In this document: one piece after another, positions 1 through 10,147 of the stretch | Position numbering within the stretch: position 1 is the stretch's first letter | Layout of the letters: the number at the start of each line of letters is the position of its first letter | Source of the DNA: a virus | Virus record (IMG/VR): IMGVR_UViG_3300042473_001368 | Length of the DNA stretch: 64,000 nucleotides | Reading direction: 5' to 3' (one strand) | Notes under the pieces: generated by a model | Databases searched by the model: none | What the model was told of the DNA's origin: nothing | Seen by the model: only the letters and a program-made list of their open reading frames with translations | Position numbers and translations under genes: made by a program

Positions 1-361
1 TCTTAGCAAAGTCTTTTAGCTTTTTTATAAAATTTTTAGGTTTTAATACCTTACTAATACATAAAATTTTAAAAACTTTCTGAATATAAGGTAAAATATC
101 CTTACTAACCAGTCTTTTTTTAAAAATATACTCTATTTGACAGTGAATATTTAACTTTTTTTGTTCTATATAATGAACTATAACGTTATGATAGAACAGA
201 CTCTCAACATCTTTCACTGTTAGATCATAAGGTACACCTATTAAATCACACTGATAATACGTTTGTGTAATAGAATCATCAATTATTTTATTGAGATCAA
301 TAGGTCTACAGTGTCGAAGGTCTGTGTTTTGGTCTTGAGACCCTAATGTTGATAATGCCAT
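1..361 (-). CDS. Partial hypothetical protein running off the left edge of the window
   Basis: Hand translation of the - strand from ATG 361 (MALSTLGSQ...PIDLNKIIDDSITQTYYQCDLIGVPYDL...) is open to position 1. It is not in the ORF track, and the true start may be nearer 300. Confidence 0.4.
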   Translation of the reverse strand, partial: MALSTLGSQDQNTDLRHCRPIDLNKIIDDSITQTYYQCDLIGVPYDLTVKDVESLFYHNVIVHYIEQKKLNIHCQIEYIFKKRLVSKDILPYIQKVFKILCISKVLKPKNFIKKLKDFAK

Positions 362-731
362 TGTAGTATTGTTCATTAAACAGAACCTCTCTTTCAATTT
401 GCATTTTAATCTCACTGTAAGCTAAATCAAATTTTGATTCACACCACTTCAATATTTCAAATGTAAAGTTAGCTTTACCATGAGTAACAATATCTTCATT
501 TAACTCTCTGCAAGATGATGTATAATCCTTCCAATCTGTCTCTTTTTCTTCGTGTCTTTTGTTCTTTTTACCTTTTAATGGCTTACGTTTAAGGATTGTT
601 AGACATTGCTTTTTACCAATATACTTTTTACCTGTTAAATTATTTGTTATAAGGTAGATAAATCCATAAGGCTTATCAAGATTTTGATGTGACTCAAGTG
701 AAAGTGACCAATGACCGAAATTTTTTTCCAT
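306..731 (-). CDS. GIY-YIG nuclease family protein (short, catalytic domain only)
   Basis: GFIYLITNNLTGKKYIGKK is a GIY-YIG motif, with downstream WKDYTSS, conserved E and YYNG; 141 aa. Confidence 0.8.
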   Translation of the reverse strand: MEKNFGHWSLSLESHQNLDKPYGFIYLITNNLTGKKYIGKKQCLTILKRKPLKGKKNKRHEEKETDWKDYTSSCRELNEDIVTHGKANFTFEILKWCESKFDLAYSEIKMQIEREVLFNEQYYNGIINIRVSRPKHRPSTL

Positions 732-802
732 ATACAGTTGACTTTTGAAACAATAGAGTAAATAAATCTGAGGATTAAGAGATAAAGAAAGACGACATAA
801 TA

Positions 803-1012
803 TTATTTCGTTTTATTTTTATGTTTTCTTTTAGATTTACGTCCGACCTTACCTCTACGCGATGTTACACCTAATAATTTTGGTACGCGTGAATCGCCTG
901 GTGCATAAAAATCTGATCCAGATATACTATCAGTTGATCCTGGTGATCCTCCAAGTGCATCAGATACAGTTATATCTTCGTAAAATTGCTTAAATGTTCT
1001 GTGCTTACTCAT
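803..1012 (-). CDS. Small late protein with basic C-terminus, putative internal head protein
   Basis: Start refined to ATG 1012 (MSKHRTFKQFYE), 8 nt after CATAAATA; K/R-rich tail GKVGRKSKRKHKNKTK. Confidence 0.5.
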   Translation of the reverse strand: MSKHRTFKQFYEDITVSDALGGSPGSTDSISGSDFYAPGDSRVPKLLGVTSRRGKVGRKSKRKHKNKTK

Positions 1013-1020
1013 TATAATTT

Positions 1021-1028
1021 TATTTATG
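1021..1028 (-). promoter_or_regulatory. T4-type late promoter (CATAAATA)
   Basis: 8 nt upstream of ATG 1012. Confidence 0.6.
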
Positions 1029-1056
1029 CAACAAATTATAGTATACAACACTACAG

Positions 1057-1084
1057 TTGATTAATGTGAAACAATAGTTATAAT
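1057..1084 (+). promoter_or_regulatory. Sigma70-type early promoter TTGATT-N16-TATAAT
   Basis: 6 nt upstream of the uvsY GTG; the same architecture recurs at 2910, 11058, 24592 and 49312. Confidence 0.75.
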
Positions 1085-1090
1085 TACATC

Positions 1091-1486
1091 GTGGATTTGA
1101 TTAAAAAATATAAAGAGGAGATTGGTAATGACCTCGTTATTAATGATTTTAACATTAAAGAAGTACAATTACGTTTACCGGCTCGTAAACATTTCTGGGC
1201 TGCTCGTCTAATTGATGCAAAAATTGAACTACATTCATTACAAAAACAGAAAAAAGCGCTTAAAAAACAAATAGTTAAACGTCTTCAACAGGAAGCACCT
1301 ATTAAATTAACGCAACAATCTGCAGAAATAGCTGCTGAATCATCAAATGAGATTGGTTCATTGAACGATCAGATCAAAGAATATGAGTTCATTATTGAGT
1401 ATCTTGATAAAGCTACATCAGTACTAAACCAAGTGGGTTGGGATATTAAAAATATCATTGAAATTCAAAAACTTGAACAGCTTTGA
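1091..1486 (+). CDS. uvsY: Recombination mediator UvsY-like protein
   Basis: 131 aa helical coiled-coil protein immediately upstream of uvsW, as in T4-like phages. Confidence 0.7.
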   Translation: MDLIKKYKEEIGNDLVINDFNIKEVQLRLPARKHFWAARLIDAKIELHSLQKQKKALKKQIVKRLQQEAPIKLTQQSAEIAAESSNEIGSLNDQIKEYEFIIEYLDKATSVLNQVGWDIKNIIEIQKLEQL

Positions 1487-2913
1487 TAGAATTAGACTAC
1501 AATAAGAGTACACAGAAGCTTCTCATCAAAGGAGATAGTGATGTATTTTCGCAGATTCGTGAGTATTTTTCAGTACCAAACGAGGTACCAGCCTTTGTAA
1601 GACGTAGATATCGTCATATTGCTAGTAGAAAGTACATCATTACACCTACTGGACAGTGTGATCTAGGGTTATATTGGCAGATTAGACAGTTTCTTATTGC
1701 AAAATCTATCAATATACCTGTGATTTTGAGTGAAACACTACAAAAAGCCCTTGAAACACCTGGTATTGGTGAGGTTTTTACTGGTTTGACGTACGAATTA
1801 CGTGATTATCAGTATGAAACAGTGAAAAACTCACTAAAAGTAGGTAGAGGCCTGTGTATTCTTGGTACAGGTGCAGGAAAAACACTAACAACTGCGTCTT
1901 TAATTGAGAATTTCTACAGAAACTGTGCAAATCCAGTGACTTTTAAGTGTTTATTGGTAGTTCCCGACTTAGGACTGGTAAAACAGACGTATGATGAGTT
2001 AAATTTGTATGGAATCACCTATTCTACGACGAAATGGACAGGATCTGACACTCCAGACATGAATTCTAATGTAATTATATGTAATACTGGTGTATTATGT
2101 AGTAGATTCGACACAGAAGAGTGGGTAAAGTATGTAGATCTACTGGTTGTTGATGAAGTACACAAGGCTAAACACGGAAATGAGCTTAGTAAAATTGTTT
2201 CTAAGGTTAAAACACACAGAAAATTCGGTTTTACAGGTACACTACCACAAGATAAGCTCGAAGTTTGGTCATTATATGGTAAATTTGGACCTGTATTGTA
2301 TGAAAAACCGAGTGTAGAGCTTCGTGAAGAGAAGTTCTTAACAAATGTAGAGATAAATATACTAGGATTGCATTACAATGCACATGTTCCTAAGTTAACA
2401 GATAGTAAGTATAGAGATGAACTGGAATTTATTACTAATAACGAGCAAAGAAACACTTTATTATACAAGTTGTGTAATAAACTCACTAACAACACTCTTA
2501 TTCTTGTCAATCAGATTGTACACGGCGAGGTTTTATATGAGACCTTAAGTAAAGATACAACAAAAGCTGTCTTTTTTATATCTGGCTCAATGGAAGTAGC
2601 AGATAGAGATAAGATTAAACAGATAATGGAGACATCAGACAATGTTGTATGTATAGCTATCAGTGCTATCTTCTCGACAGGTGTCAATATTAAGAACATC
2701 CACAATATTATTTTTGCCAGTGGTGGTAAATCCTTTATTAGAACTGTACAATCTATAGGTCGTGGACTGAGATTACACGAAAGTAAGTCATTACTCAACA
2801 TATACGACATTCGAGATGAGTTGGAGTATGGTAGATCACATAGCGATAAGCGAAAAGATATATACAAGAAAGAACATATCAAGTTTATTGAAAAGAGTAT
2901 AAAATTAACTTGA
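1483..2913 (+). CDS. uvsW: SF2 DNA helicase UvsW
   Basis: LRDYQ Q-motif, GTGAGKT Walker A, VVDEVH Walker B, GFTGT motif III, QSIGRGLR motif VI. Confidence 0.95.
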   Translation: MIELDYNKSTQKLLIKGDSDVFSQIREYFSVPNEVPAFVRRRYRHIASRKYIITPTGQCDLGLYWQIRQFLIAKSINIPVILSETLQKALETPGIGEVFTGLTYELRDYQYETVKNSLKVGRGLCILGTGAGKTLTTASLIENFYRNCANPVTFKCLLVVPDLGLVKQTYDELNLYGITYSTTKWTGSDTPDMNSNVIICNTGVLCSRFDTEEWVKYVDLLVVDEVHKAKHGNELSKIVSKVKTHRKFGFTGTLPQDKLEVWSLYGKFGPVLYEKPSVELREEKFLTNVEINILGLHYNAHVPKLTDSKYRDELEFITNNEQRNTLLYKLCNKLTNNTLILVNQIVHGEVLYETLSKDTTKAVFFISGSMEVADRDKIKQIMETSDNVVCIAISAIFSTGVNIKNIHNIIFASGGKSFIRTVQSIGRGLRLHESKSLLNIYDIRDELEYGRSHSDKRKDIYKKEHIKFIEKSIKLT

Positions 2914-2937
2914 TTAAGCTATACACTAAAATATAAT
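2910..2937 (+). promoter_or_regulatory. Sigma70-type promoter TTGATT-N16-TATAAT
   Basis: 6 nt upstream of the gp55 ATG at 2944. Confidence 0.75.
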
Positions 2938-2943
2938 AGGCGT

Positions 2944-3417
2944 ATGGCTAAAAATAAAGATAAGGAGAAGTACTATGTTGACCCAAAGGTGTTTAGTAGA
3001 TCTCTTAGAACATTTTACGAATCCGACAATCTTACTGATGATCTAGCTGAAAACATTAATAAGATCGCTTATGGTCTGAGTTATAGTAGCTCTTTTATCA
3101 ACTATACATACAAAGAAGAGATGATAGGCGATGCTCTTATTAAAATGTACTCAGCTCTTAAGCGAAAAAAGTATAGCTTTGATAAGCGAACTGAAAGAGG
3201 TGGTGAAGATGAGTGCAATCCATTCTCATATTTTACTACTATTGCATATAACGCATTTGTTAACCGTATTAAAAAAGAAAAACGTCATCATGAAGCGGAA
3301 AAGAATTACCGTGAACGAGTTTATGCTGAAATTATGAGTGATCCTAAGACATGTAACAACCTTGTTTATGTATCACCTACAAAAAGCGACGATGACGACT
3401 ACTACAATGAAGATTAA
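2944..3417 (+). CDS. gp55: T4 gp55-like late sigma factor
   Basis: YTYKEEMIGDA and NPFSYFTTIAYNAFVNRIKKEKR match the gp55 pattern; position upstream of gp47/46. Confidence 0.9.
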   Translation: MAKNKDKEKYYVDPKVFSRSLRTFYESDNLTDDLAENINKIAYGLSYSSSFINYTYKEEMIGDALIKMYSALKRKKYSFDKRTERGGEDECNPFSYFTTIAYNAFVNRIKKEKRHHEAEKNYRERVYAEIMSDPKTCNNLVYVSPTKSDDDDYYNED

Positions 3418-4450
3418 TCAGAGTAAAGTAGCAGTTATATCAGATCTGCATTTAGGTGTACACACAAATAGTCCAAGATGGCATGAAATATCTGTCGAAT
3501 GGGCTAATTGGCTTACAAAAGAATTAAAAGCAAAGGGTATAACTGATATTATTTTTTGCGGTGACTGGCATCACAATCGAAGTGAGATATCTGTCAATAC
3601 ACTGCAGGTATCTGCTGATATATTAGACATATTATCAGACTTTAGTATTGTTATACTGATTGGTAACCATGATATCTACTATAAACATAGGACAGACGTT
3701 CATTCTCTGTCTATTTTTAAGGGAAGAAGTAATATTACAGTTATAGACACTGTCAAAGTTGTAGAACAGTTCGGTCGCAAGCTGACTTTCTGTCCGTGGA
3801 ACACTTCTATATCTGATATACCTGAGTGCGATACAATTTTCGGTCATTTTGAGATCGAAAGCTTTAGTATGAACGGTTCTAAGGTGTGCGAAGACGGTTT
3901 AAAGATTAAAGATCTTATATCAAGAGCACCTTTAACTATATCAGGTCACTTTCATACACGTCACGAGAAAAAATATAAAAAGGGCACCATTTTATACTGC
4001 GGTAATCCATTCCAGATGGATTTTAGTGATGCTAATAATTCAAAAGGTTATTATGTACTTGATCTAAAGACAAATAATTATGAGTTTATTGAAAATACTA
4101 TTTCTCCTCGCTATGTTAAACTAACTCTTGGTGAAATAGCGTATAATAACTATACTGCTGATGATTTGAGGTCGCTTTTCAAGGGAAACTTTGTTAAAGT
4201 AAAAGTTGATAAGAGTATCACAGTAGATGACATGACGCTCTTAACACGTAAGCTATCATTATTGCAGCCTGAGCATCTTGCTACTGAGTATGATGTAATT
4301 ATGAGTGACGAGCCATCGTTTACTAATAAAGACTTATCAGGTATCAATATTGAAGAAGCTATCGAAGAGTTTATTAATATACTTGATGTAGAGAATAAAA
4401 AGGATATACTACAATATACAGTAGAGCTGTATAAACGTTGCTTAATATGA
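3407..4450 (+). CDS. gp47: Recombination endonuclease subunit (Mre11/SbcD-like)
   Basis: Metallophosphoesterase motifs SDLHLG, GDWHH, GNHD, GHFH; start refined to ATG 3407. Confidence 0.95.
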   Translation: MKINQSKVAVISDLHLGVHTNSPRWHEISVEWANWLTKELKAKGITDIIFCGDWHHNRSEISVNTLQVSADILDILSDFSIVILIGNHDIYYKHRTDVHSLSIFKGRSNITVIDTVKVVEQFGRKLTFCPWNTSISDIPECDTIFGHFEIESFSMNGSKVCEDGLKIKDLISRAPLTISGHFHTRHEKKYKKGTILYCGNPFQMDFSDANNSKGYYVLDLKTNNYEFIENTISPRYVKLTLGEIAYNNYTADDLRSLFKGNFVKVKVDKSITVDDMTLLTRKLSLLQPEHLATEYDVIMSDEPSFTNKDLSGINIEEAIEEFINILDVENKKDILQYTVELYKRCLI

Positions 4451-6252
4451 AGAGAGTAATCTTTGAAAAAATAACCCTTCAGAACTTCTTGTCTGTAGGT
4501 GAAGAACCTGTCTCTATCGAGTTCAGATCTGGTATTAATATTATCACAGGTAATAACCTTGATAAGCCTGATAGACAGAATGGAATCGGTAAGAGTACTC
4601 TTGCGGATGGCATTAACTTTGCTATCTTCGGTGAAACTCTTCGCCCACTTCCTAAGAAAGATCTTATTGTTAATAATATCGTAGGTGGTACTGCAGCAGC
4701 ACAGTTGAGTTTTAAGGTCGAAACTACAACGGGTTCGAATACATACAAAATTGTAAGAACGCTTAACCCTAACAAGGTGCAGTTTTACGAGAATGATGTA
4801 GACATAACACGCGACAGTATAGGTAATACAACGAAGCATATATGTAGTGTATTAGGTGCTTCACCTTCACTCTTTCAGAACTGTGTTATCATGTCAGTCA
4901 ATAACGCAACTTCTTTCATGTCAAAAAATAAAGTCGAAAAACGAAAGTTTATCGAAGATATTTTTGGTATGGAAATCTTCAGTAAGATGACTGCTGTAAT
5001 TAGGCAGGAATACCTAGAGACAAAAAAAGAATTTGATATCGGTAGTGCAAGACTTGAGGAGCTGAGTAATACATATGATTCATATGTGCAGCAACAGTCT
5101 AAACTAGAAGAAAAAAAGAAAGAGAAGCGTGAATTGTATATTTCTCGTAAGACTACTAATGAAAATGAAATTGCGGAGATCGAAGGTCTTATATCTAATA
5201 TAAGCATTGTCGATGTATCTGCTGCTGATAGTACAATTGACAAGCTCAAGTTGCTTGATCAAAGGACAGAAGTAGAGATAACTACTAAAGTAGAATCTAT
5301 TGCTGATGTAAAGAGTGCCGTAGCTCACCTTAGAGAAAAGTGTAAAGAGATTGGTACAAAAGATTCAACATGCCCTGTGTGTCTACGACCTATCGAAGAA
5401 CACGATAAAGAGGTAATCGAAGCAGAAAAGCAATCTCTAAAACAGCAGATAATTGAGAAGGCAGATGAACTTAAAAGTAGTACAGATGAAGTACTAGAAT
5501 TAAGAAAGAAGAGAGACAAGATTAGAGGTGCAATTGAGAAAACGCAACAGCAAGTCATATCTAACAATCTTAACCAATACCGTATCTCTACTTTTAACGA
5601 TAGAATTTTTCAACTCAAAAAATGGTTAGAGGAGCTAGATGAAGATCTCAGTCACCTTGATGACAATAGCGACGAGTTTGCTTTGTTAATTGAATCATCT
5701 AAACAACAGAGAGATACTGTTGCTGAAAGTGTCGGTAAGCAAAGCAAAAAACTTTCTAAACTAGATGTTGTTAAGTTTATTGTAAGTGAAGAAGGTGTAA
5801 AGTCTTATATTGTTAATAAGCTTCTCGAACTGCTCAATAGTAAGCTTCATTTTTATCTTAAAAAGCTTGATTCAAACTCTCAGTGTATTTTTAACGAATA
5901 CTTCGAAGAGGAGATTGTAAACGAGCAAGGTAAAAACTGTTCATACTTTAACTTTTCGGGTGCTGAGAGAAAGGCTATTGACTTGGCGTGTTTGTTTGCA
6001 TTCTCAGATATCAGACGTCTTCAAGGCGGAGTGAGTTACAACATTGCGATATACGACGAACTGTTTGATTCATCTTTCGATAGTAAAGGTATCGAGATTG
6101 TAACAGACATTCTTCAAGAAAGAGCTGATGAGCTTAGTGAGTGTATCTATGTTATTTCGCATAGAAAAGAATCGCTTAAAGCTGTAACAGGTGATATTAT
6201 CTTTCTCGAGAAATCAGGAGGTATTACGCGCAGAGTAAATTACACAGAGTAG
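4447..6252 (+). CDS. gp46: Recombination ATPase subunit (Rad50/SbcC-like)
   Basis: NGIGKST Walker A, CPVC zinc hook within coiled coil, FSGAE signature, IYDELFD Walker B. Confidence 0.95.
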   Translation: MKRVIFEKITLQNFLSVGEEPVSIEFRSGINIITGNNLDKPDRQNGIGKSTLADGINFAIFGETLRPLPKKDLIVNNIVGGTAAAQLSFKVETTTGSNTYKIVRTLNPNKVQFYENDVDITRDSIGNTTKHICSVLGASPSLFQNCVIMSVNNATSFMSKNKVEKRKFIEDIFGMEIFSKMTAVIRQEYLETKKEFDIGSARLEELSNTYDSYVQQQSKLEEKKKEKRELYISRKTTNENEIAEIEGLISNISIVDVSAADSTIDKLKLLDQRTEVEITTKVESIADVKSAVAHLREKCKEIGTKDSTCPVCLRPIEEHDKEVIEAEKQSLKQQIIEKADELKSSTDEVLELRKKRDKIRGAIEKTQQQVISNNLNQYRISTFNDRIFQLKKWLEELDEDLSHLDDNSDEFALLIESSKQQRDTVAESVGKQSKKLSKLDVVKFIVSEEGVKSYIVNKLLELLNSKLHFYLKKLDSNSQCIFNEYFEEEIVNEQGKNCSYFNFSGAERKAIDLACLFAFSDIRRLQGGVSYNIAIYDELFDSSFDSKGIEIVTDILQERADELSECIYVISHRKESLKAVTGDIIFLEKSGGITRRVNYTE

Positions 6253-6285
6253 TGGATAACGGAGGAAGGATGATTACATATTATT

Positions 6286-7497
6286 ATGTATATTCCTACA
6301 CTGTTTTCTCAGCCTATTGTTAGTCCACAAGGCGCTTTTCTCCAACAAGCAGTTCAACAACAACCAGCAAAGCCTGTACAACAAGAAGCAGGCCTACCTC
6401 GGTTTTTGAACTACGCAGGCGACTATTCAGGCTGTGGAGCATATCGTCTCCTATGGCCTGAATATCTCATTAACATGATAGGTGCAGGTATGTCAAGTAC
6501 TATTACATCGATGATTGTAGATCCAAGATGGTACAGTGGTGTAAGTGCTGTAAAGTTTCAACGCCAAGCATCTCCTGAACAGAAAGAGTTCATGAAGTAT
6601 GTAAGACAGATTAGTAAAGAGCATAACTTCAAAATGATCTATGAGGTTGATGATGTTGTCTTTAGGGAAGATATACCTGACTACAATCGCTTTAAGTTTG
6701 CGTTCGATAGTGACGAGATCAGAAATAACTGTATTGATATGATCAATATATGTGACGAGGTAACTCTAACATGTGATTATATTCGCAATCTCTATAAAGA
6801 GAAAACAGGTAAGAAGGAAATAACAGTTATACCAAACTTTGTTCCGTATTTCTGGATGGGTCATTTATACAATCCAAACAAGGTAAAGGATCAGTATCTA
6901 AAAAATAAACGTAAGCCTCGCGTCCTCTACACAGGGTCAGGCGCGCACTATGATGTAGATAATAAGAATGGTGGTATAGACGACTTCTCTCATGTTATTG
7001 ATATGGTGAGAAGAACTGTTGATAAGTATCAGTGGATATTTGTTGGCTCTTATCCTCCAAAGCTTGCTGATCTTGTATTGAGAGGTAAAGTAGAATACCA
7101 TCCATGGAAATCGCTTCAAGAGTATCCATCATTTATTAACGATCTAAATGCTCAAGCTATGATCGCTCCACTCTTTGATAATAGCTTTAACAGATCAAAA
7201 TCTGATATCAAATATATCGAAGCGTGTACACTTGGATTGCCGTGTCTGTTGCAAGATATGGAAACATATAAAGATGCTCCAGAGTTTCTTAAGTTCAAAA
7301 CTGGCGACGATCTTGAAGCAAAACTTGATAGTGTTCTTGGAGACCGAAAGGCATACAACAACAATATTGCTATGCTTCGCGAGATTGGAGAGTCGCGCTT
7401 TCTTGAGCGACCAGAAAATATCGGATGTCATATTGAAGCGTTAACTACACCATATGGTTCGTCGGACCGTAAATATCTTAAAAAGTGGAATCCATAA
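6286..7497 (+). CDS. GT-B fold glycosyltransferase (GT4-like)
   Basis: GCGAYRLLWP, YEVDDVVF, IAPLFDNSFNRSKSDIKYIEACTLGLPCL resemble the GT4 nucleotide-sugar binding region. Confidence 0.75.
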   Translation: MYIPTLFSQPIVSPQGAFLQQAVQQQPAKPVQQEAGLPRFLNYAGDYSGCGAYRLLWPEYLINMIGAGMSSTITSMIVDPRWYSGVSAVKFQRQASPEQKEFMKYVRQISKEHNFKMIYEVDDVVFREDIPDYNRFKFAFDSDEIRNNCIDMINICDEVTLTCDYIRNLYKEKTGKKEITVIPNFVPYFWMGHLYNPNKVKDQYLKNKRKPRVLYTGSGAHYDVDNKNGGIDDFSHVIDMVRRTVDKYQWIFVGSYPPKLADLVLRGKVEYHPWKSLQEYPSFINDLNAQAMIAPLFDNSFNRSKSDIKYIEACTLGLPCLLQDMETYKDAPEFLKFKTGDDLEAKLDSVLGDRKAYNNNIAMLREIGESRFLERPENIGCHIEALTTPYGSSDRKYLKKWNP

Positions 7498-7513
7498 CGA
7501 ACGCCCGTATACT
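7486..7513 (+). promoter_or_regulatory. Sigma70-type promoter TGGAAT-N16-TATACT
   Basis: 7 nt upstream of the polymerase ATG. Confidence 0.55.
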
Positions 7514-7520
7514 TGGGTGA

Positions 7521-10118
7521 ATGTATAGGAATGCAGTATATGATAGCCGATCTAAGGCTATAAAACTTTTTACATGGGACGAAGATGGTAACAGAGTAAG
7601 TTACGATACATCTTTTAGTCCCTATCTTTATGTTGAGGATACAAAGGGCGAGAAGAAGTCTATCTATCAAACAAGAGTTACTAAGAAAGTGTTTAACACT
7701 TCTTATGATAGGAACAAGTTCGTAAATACATCTGGTATTCGTAAATTATACGAGAATATCTCTACAGTGCAGCAGTACTTGTTAGATACTTTTTGGAAGG
7801 TTAATGAAACACCAGAATTTACGAAGAATGATCTCAAGGTAGTATTTCTCGATATTGAGACGTACAGTCCGTCTAGTGAAGGTTTTCCGGATACTAATAA
7901 CCCATCCCACCCTATCAATGTTATTACATGTTATGATACCTTGAGTAAGACATATTTTACCTTCGGTACTGGCGCATTTAAGACTGATAGAAAGGATATT
8001 ATTTACACTCATTGTAAGAGTGAAAGAGAACTGTTCACTAAGTTTGTAGAATATCTTGAAGATGATTATCCTGATGTGTTGTCGGGTTGGTCATCAGAGT
8101 TTTTCGACATACCATATATTGTCAATCGATGTGAGCGTGTGATGGGTGAAGACTTTGTAAAACGTCTTTCACCGACTGGTAGAGTTTACTTTAGAGAGAT
8201 TATTGGTAAGTATGGCAAGCAACAAAAACGATACTACATCGAAGGTATTTCGTGTATTGACTACATGGATATCTATAGACGTTTTTGTCTTAAGCTGCGA
8301 GAGTCATATAAGCTTAATGCAATCGGTGAGCTAGAACTTGGAATGAACAAGATTGATTATGGTGATATTGACCTTGCAACTCTTGCAGATACTGATTGGA
8401 ATAAGTTCATTGAGTACAACATTATGGACGTTAACATTATTGTTGAGCTTGAGGAAAAGCTGCAATATGTAAGCTTGTTGAAGATGTTAGCGTATGTAGG
8501 TTTAACTACTTTAGAAGGTGCTATGGGTACTCTATCAGTTATTACTGGTGCGTTAACTATTCGAGCACGTAATAGAGGAGAGATTATATCTACCTTCATA
8601 CGTAAACAAGACGGTGGTAAGAATCCTGGCGCGTATGTATCAGAACCAAAGAGAGGATTTCAATCGAATGTTGTTTCGTTTGATGCCAACTCGCTATATC
8701 CGAATGTGATGATCTCGCTCAATCTTTCACCTGAAACAAAGATTGGAAGAGTAGAAAAAGTGGATGCTAACAATGTAAACATTTATCATGTATCAGGAAA
8801 GACGCTGAAGCTTACGAATGAAAAGTTTGCACAGTTTATCAAGCATGAAGAGTGTGCATTATCAAAAGCAGGGTTCTTATTTACCCAAAAGCGTAAAGGT
8901 ATTATTCCTGAGTTTCTTGATTACTATTATGATCAGAGAAAGATTGTAAAGAAGAAGCTTGGCGAGTTGAAGCAGAATCAATATGAGCTTAAGCAGAAGC
9001 AAAAAGAAGGTGATAGCGAATCGATAAGAAATCAGCTAGCTCAAGCTAGTGTTGATATCGCTCGAGCAAATACACTGCAAATGGTGCAGAAAGTTTTGTT
9101 GAACTCGTGTTATGGATTCATGGGCAATAAGCAAGCTTCTATTGGTGATGATGATATTGCATCTTCTGTAACTCTTACAGGTCAGGCAGTAATTAAGCAA
9201 GCAGGTAAACTCTTGCAACAATATCTATCTGATAACTTTGGCGTAACAGACCCTGAAATGTTGGATAGCTCATGGATTTATTCTGATACAGATAGTTGCT
9301 ACTTCTCTTTGAAGTGTATTGAAGATCAGGTGAAGCTAAAAGATGGCAATAATGTGTCAGATCACTTTTACGAGACTGTTCAAAATATTGAAGACTTCTT
9401 GAATGGTAATATTAACAAGTGGGCTGTGGCAGCTCTCCGATCTAAGGATCCTCGATTTGTCTTTAAGCGTGAAACAATAGCAGATACTGCACTTATGCTG
9501 CAGAAGAAACGCTATGTAATTCATGTTCTTGATGAAGAAGGTATCAAAGCTGAGAAGTTCAAGTATACAGGTGTCGAGGTAGTTCGTACCTCTATGCCTA
9601 ATGCTGTTAAACCCTACGCTAAGAACATTATCGAGACGATGTTAACAACACGTTCACTTTTGGAAACAAATAGGGCTCTGAAAGAGACATACGATATCTT
9701 CAAGACTCTTCCTGAAGAGGCAATTGCTTCAGTCATGGGTATTAAGGGATATGAAAAGTATAGCGCGATGTGTAAGGACTTATCGGTAGGTAAGGGTACA
9801 CCTATCCATGTCAAAGCTGCATATTTGCATAATACTATTACACGTAAACTTGGAATTGAAAACAAATATGAAGATATCAACTCTGGTGATAAGGTGAGGT
9901 ATTTGTATGTCGAGCAGCCAAACATGTATAAGGTGGATGTGATAGGGTTTAAGTATCAATACCCTGCAGAGTTTGCTGAACTGTTTAAGATTGACTATGA
10001 GAAGATGTTTGAGAAGATTCTCTTTAACTCTATCGAAAGATTTTACGAGTGTGTCGATTGGCAGATTCGTAAACCTAGTATGAGTGTAAGAACTGAACTT
10101 GCAGATCTCTTTAGTTGA
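7521..10118 (+). CDS. gp43: Family B DNA polymerase
   Basis: Exo motifs FLDIET, FDIPY, YNIMD; Pol motifs SFDANSLYPN, KVLLNSCYG, YSDTDS; no intein-sized insertion. Confidence 0.97.
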   Translation: MYRNAVYDSRSKAIKLFTWDEDGNRVSYDTSFSPYLYVEDTKGEKKSIYQTRVTKKVFNTSYDRNKFVNTSGIRKLYENISTVQQYLLDTFWKVNETPEFTKNDLKVVFLDIETYSPSSEGFPDTNNPSHPINVITCYDTLSKTYFTFGTGAFKTDRKDIIYTHCKSERELFTKFVEYLEDDYPDVLSGWSSEFFDIPYIVNRCERVMGEDFVKRLSPTGRVYFREIIGKYGKQQKRYYIEGISCIDYMDIYRRFCLKLRESYKLNAIGELELGMNKIDYGDIDLATLADTDWNKFIEYNIMDVNIIVELEEKLQYVSLLKMLAYVGLTTLEGAMGTLSVITGALTIRARNRGEIISTFIRKQDGGKNPGAYVSEPKRGFQSNVVSFDANSLYPNVMISLNLSPETKIGRVEKVDANNVNIYHVSGKTLKLTNEKFAQFIKHEECALSKAGFLFTQKRKGIIPEFLDYYYDQRKIVKKKLGELKQNQYELKQKQKEGDSESIRNQLAQASVDIARANTLQMVQKVLLNSCYGFMGNKQASIGDDDIASSVTLTGQAVIKQAGKLLQQYLSDNFGVTDPEMLDSSWIYSDTDSCYFSLKCIEDQVKLKDGNNVSDHFYETVQNIEDFLNGNINKWAVAALRSKDPRFVFKRETIADTALMLQKKRYVIHVLDEEGIKAEKFKYTGVEVVRTSMPNAVKPYAKNIIETMLTTRSLLETNRALKETYDIFKTLPEEAIASVMGIKGYEKYSAMCKDLSVGKGTPIHVKAAYLHNTITRKLGIENKYEDINSGDKVRYLYVEQPNMYKVDVIGFKYQYPAEFAELFKIDYEKMFEKILFNSIERFYECVDWQIRKPSMSVRTELADLFS

Positions 10119-10147
10119 TTTAATCGTGATAGGTAGTAAGTATTGGT

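Noticed and set aside
4730-4745. GGTTCGAAT resembling a tRNA T-loop
   Set aside because: Inside the gp46 reading frame with no cloverleaf; no tRNA gene was recognised anywhere in the window.
4150-5567. Several antisense ORFs up to 229 aa opposite gp47/gp46
   Set aside because: They lie wholly opposite well-supported genes, have no motifs or promoter, and are typical shadow ORFs.
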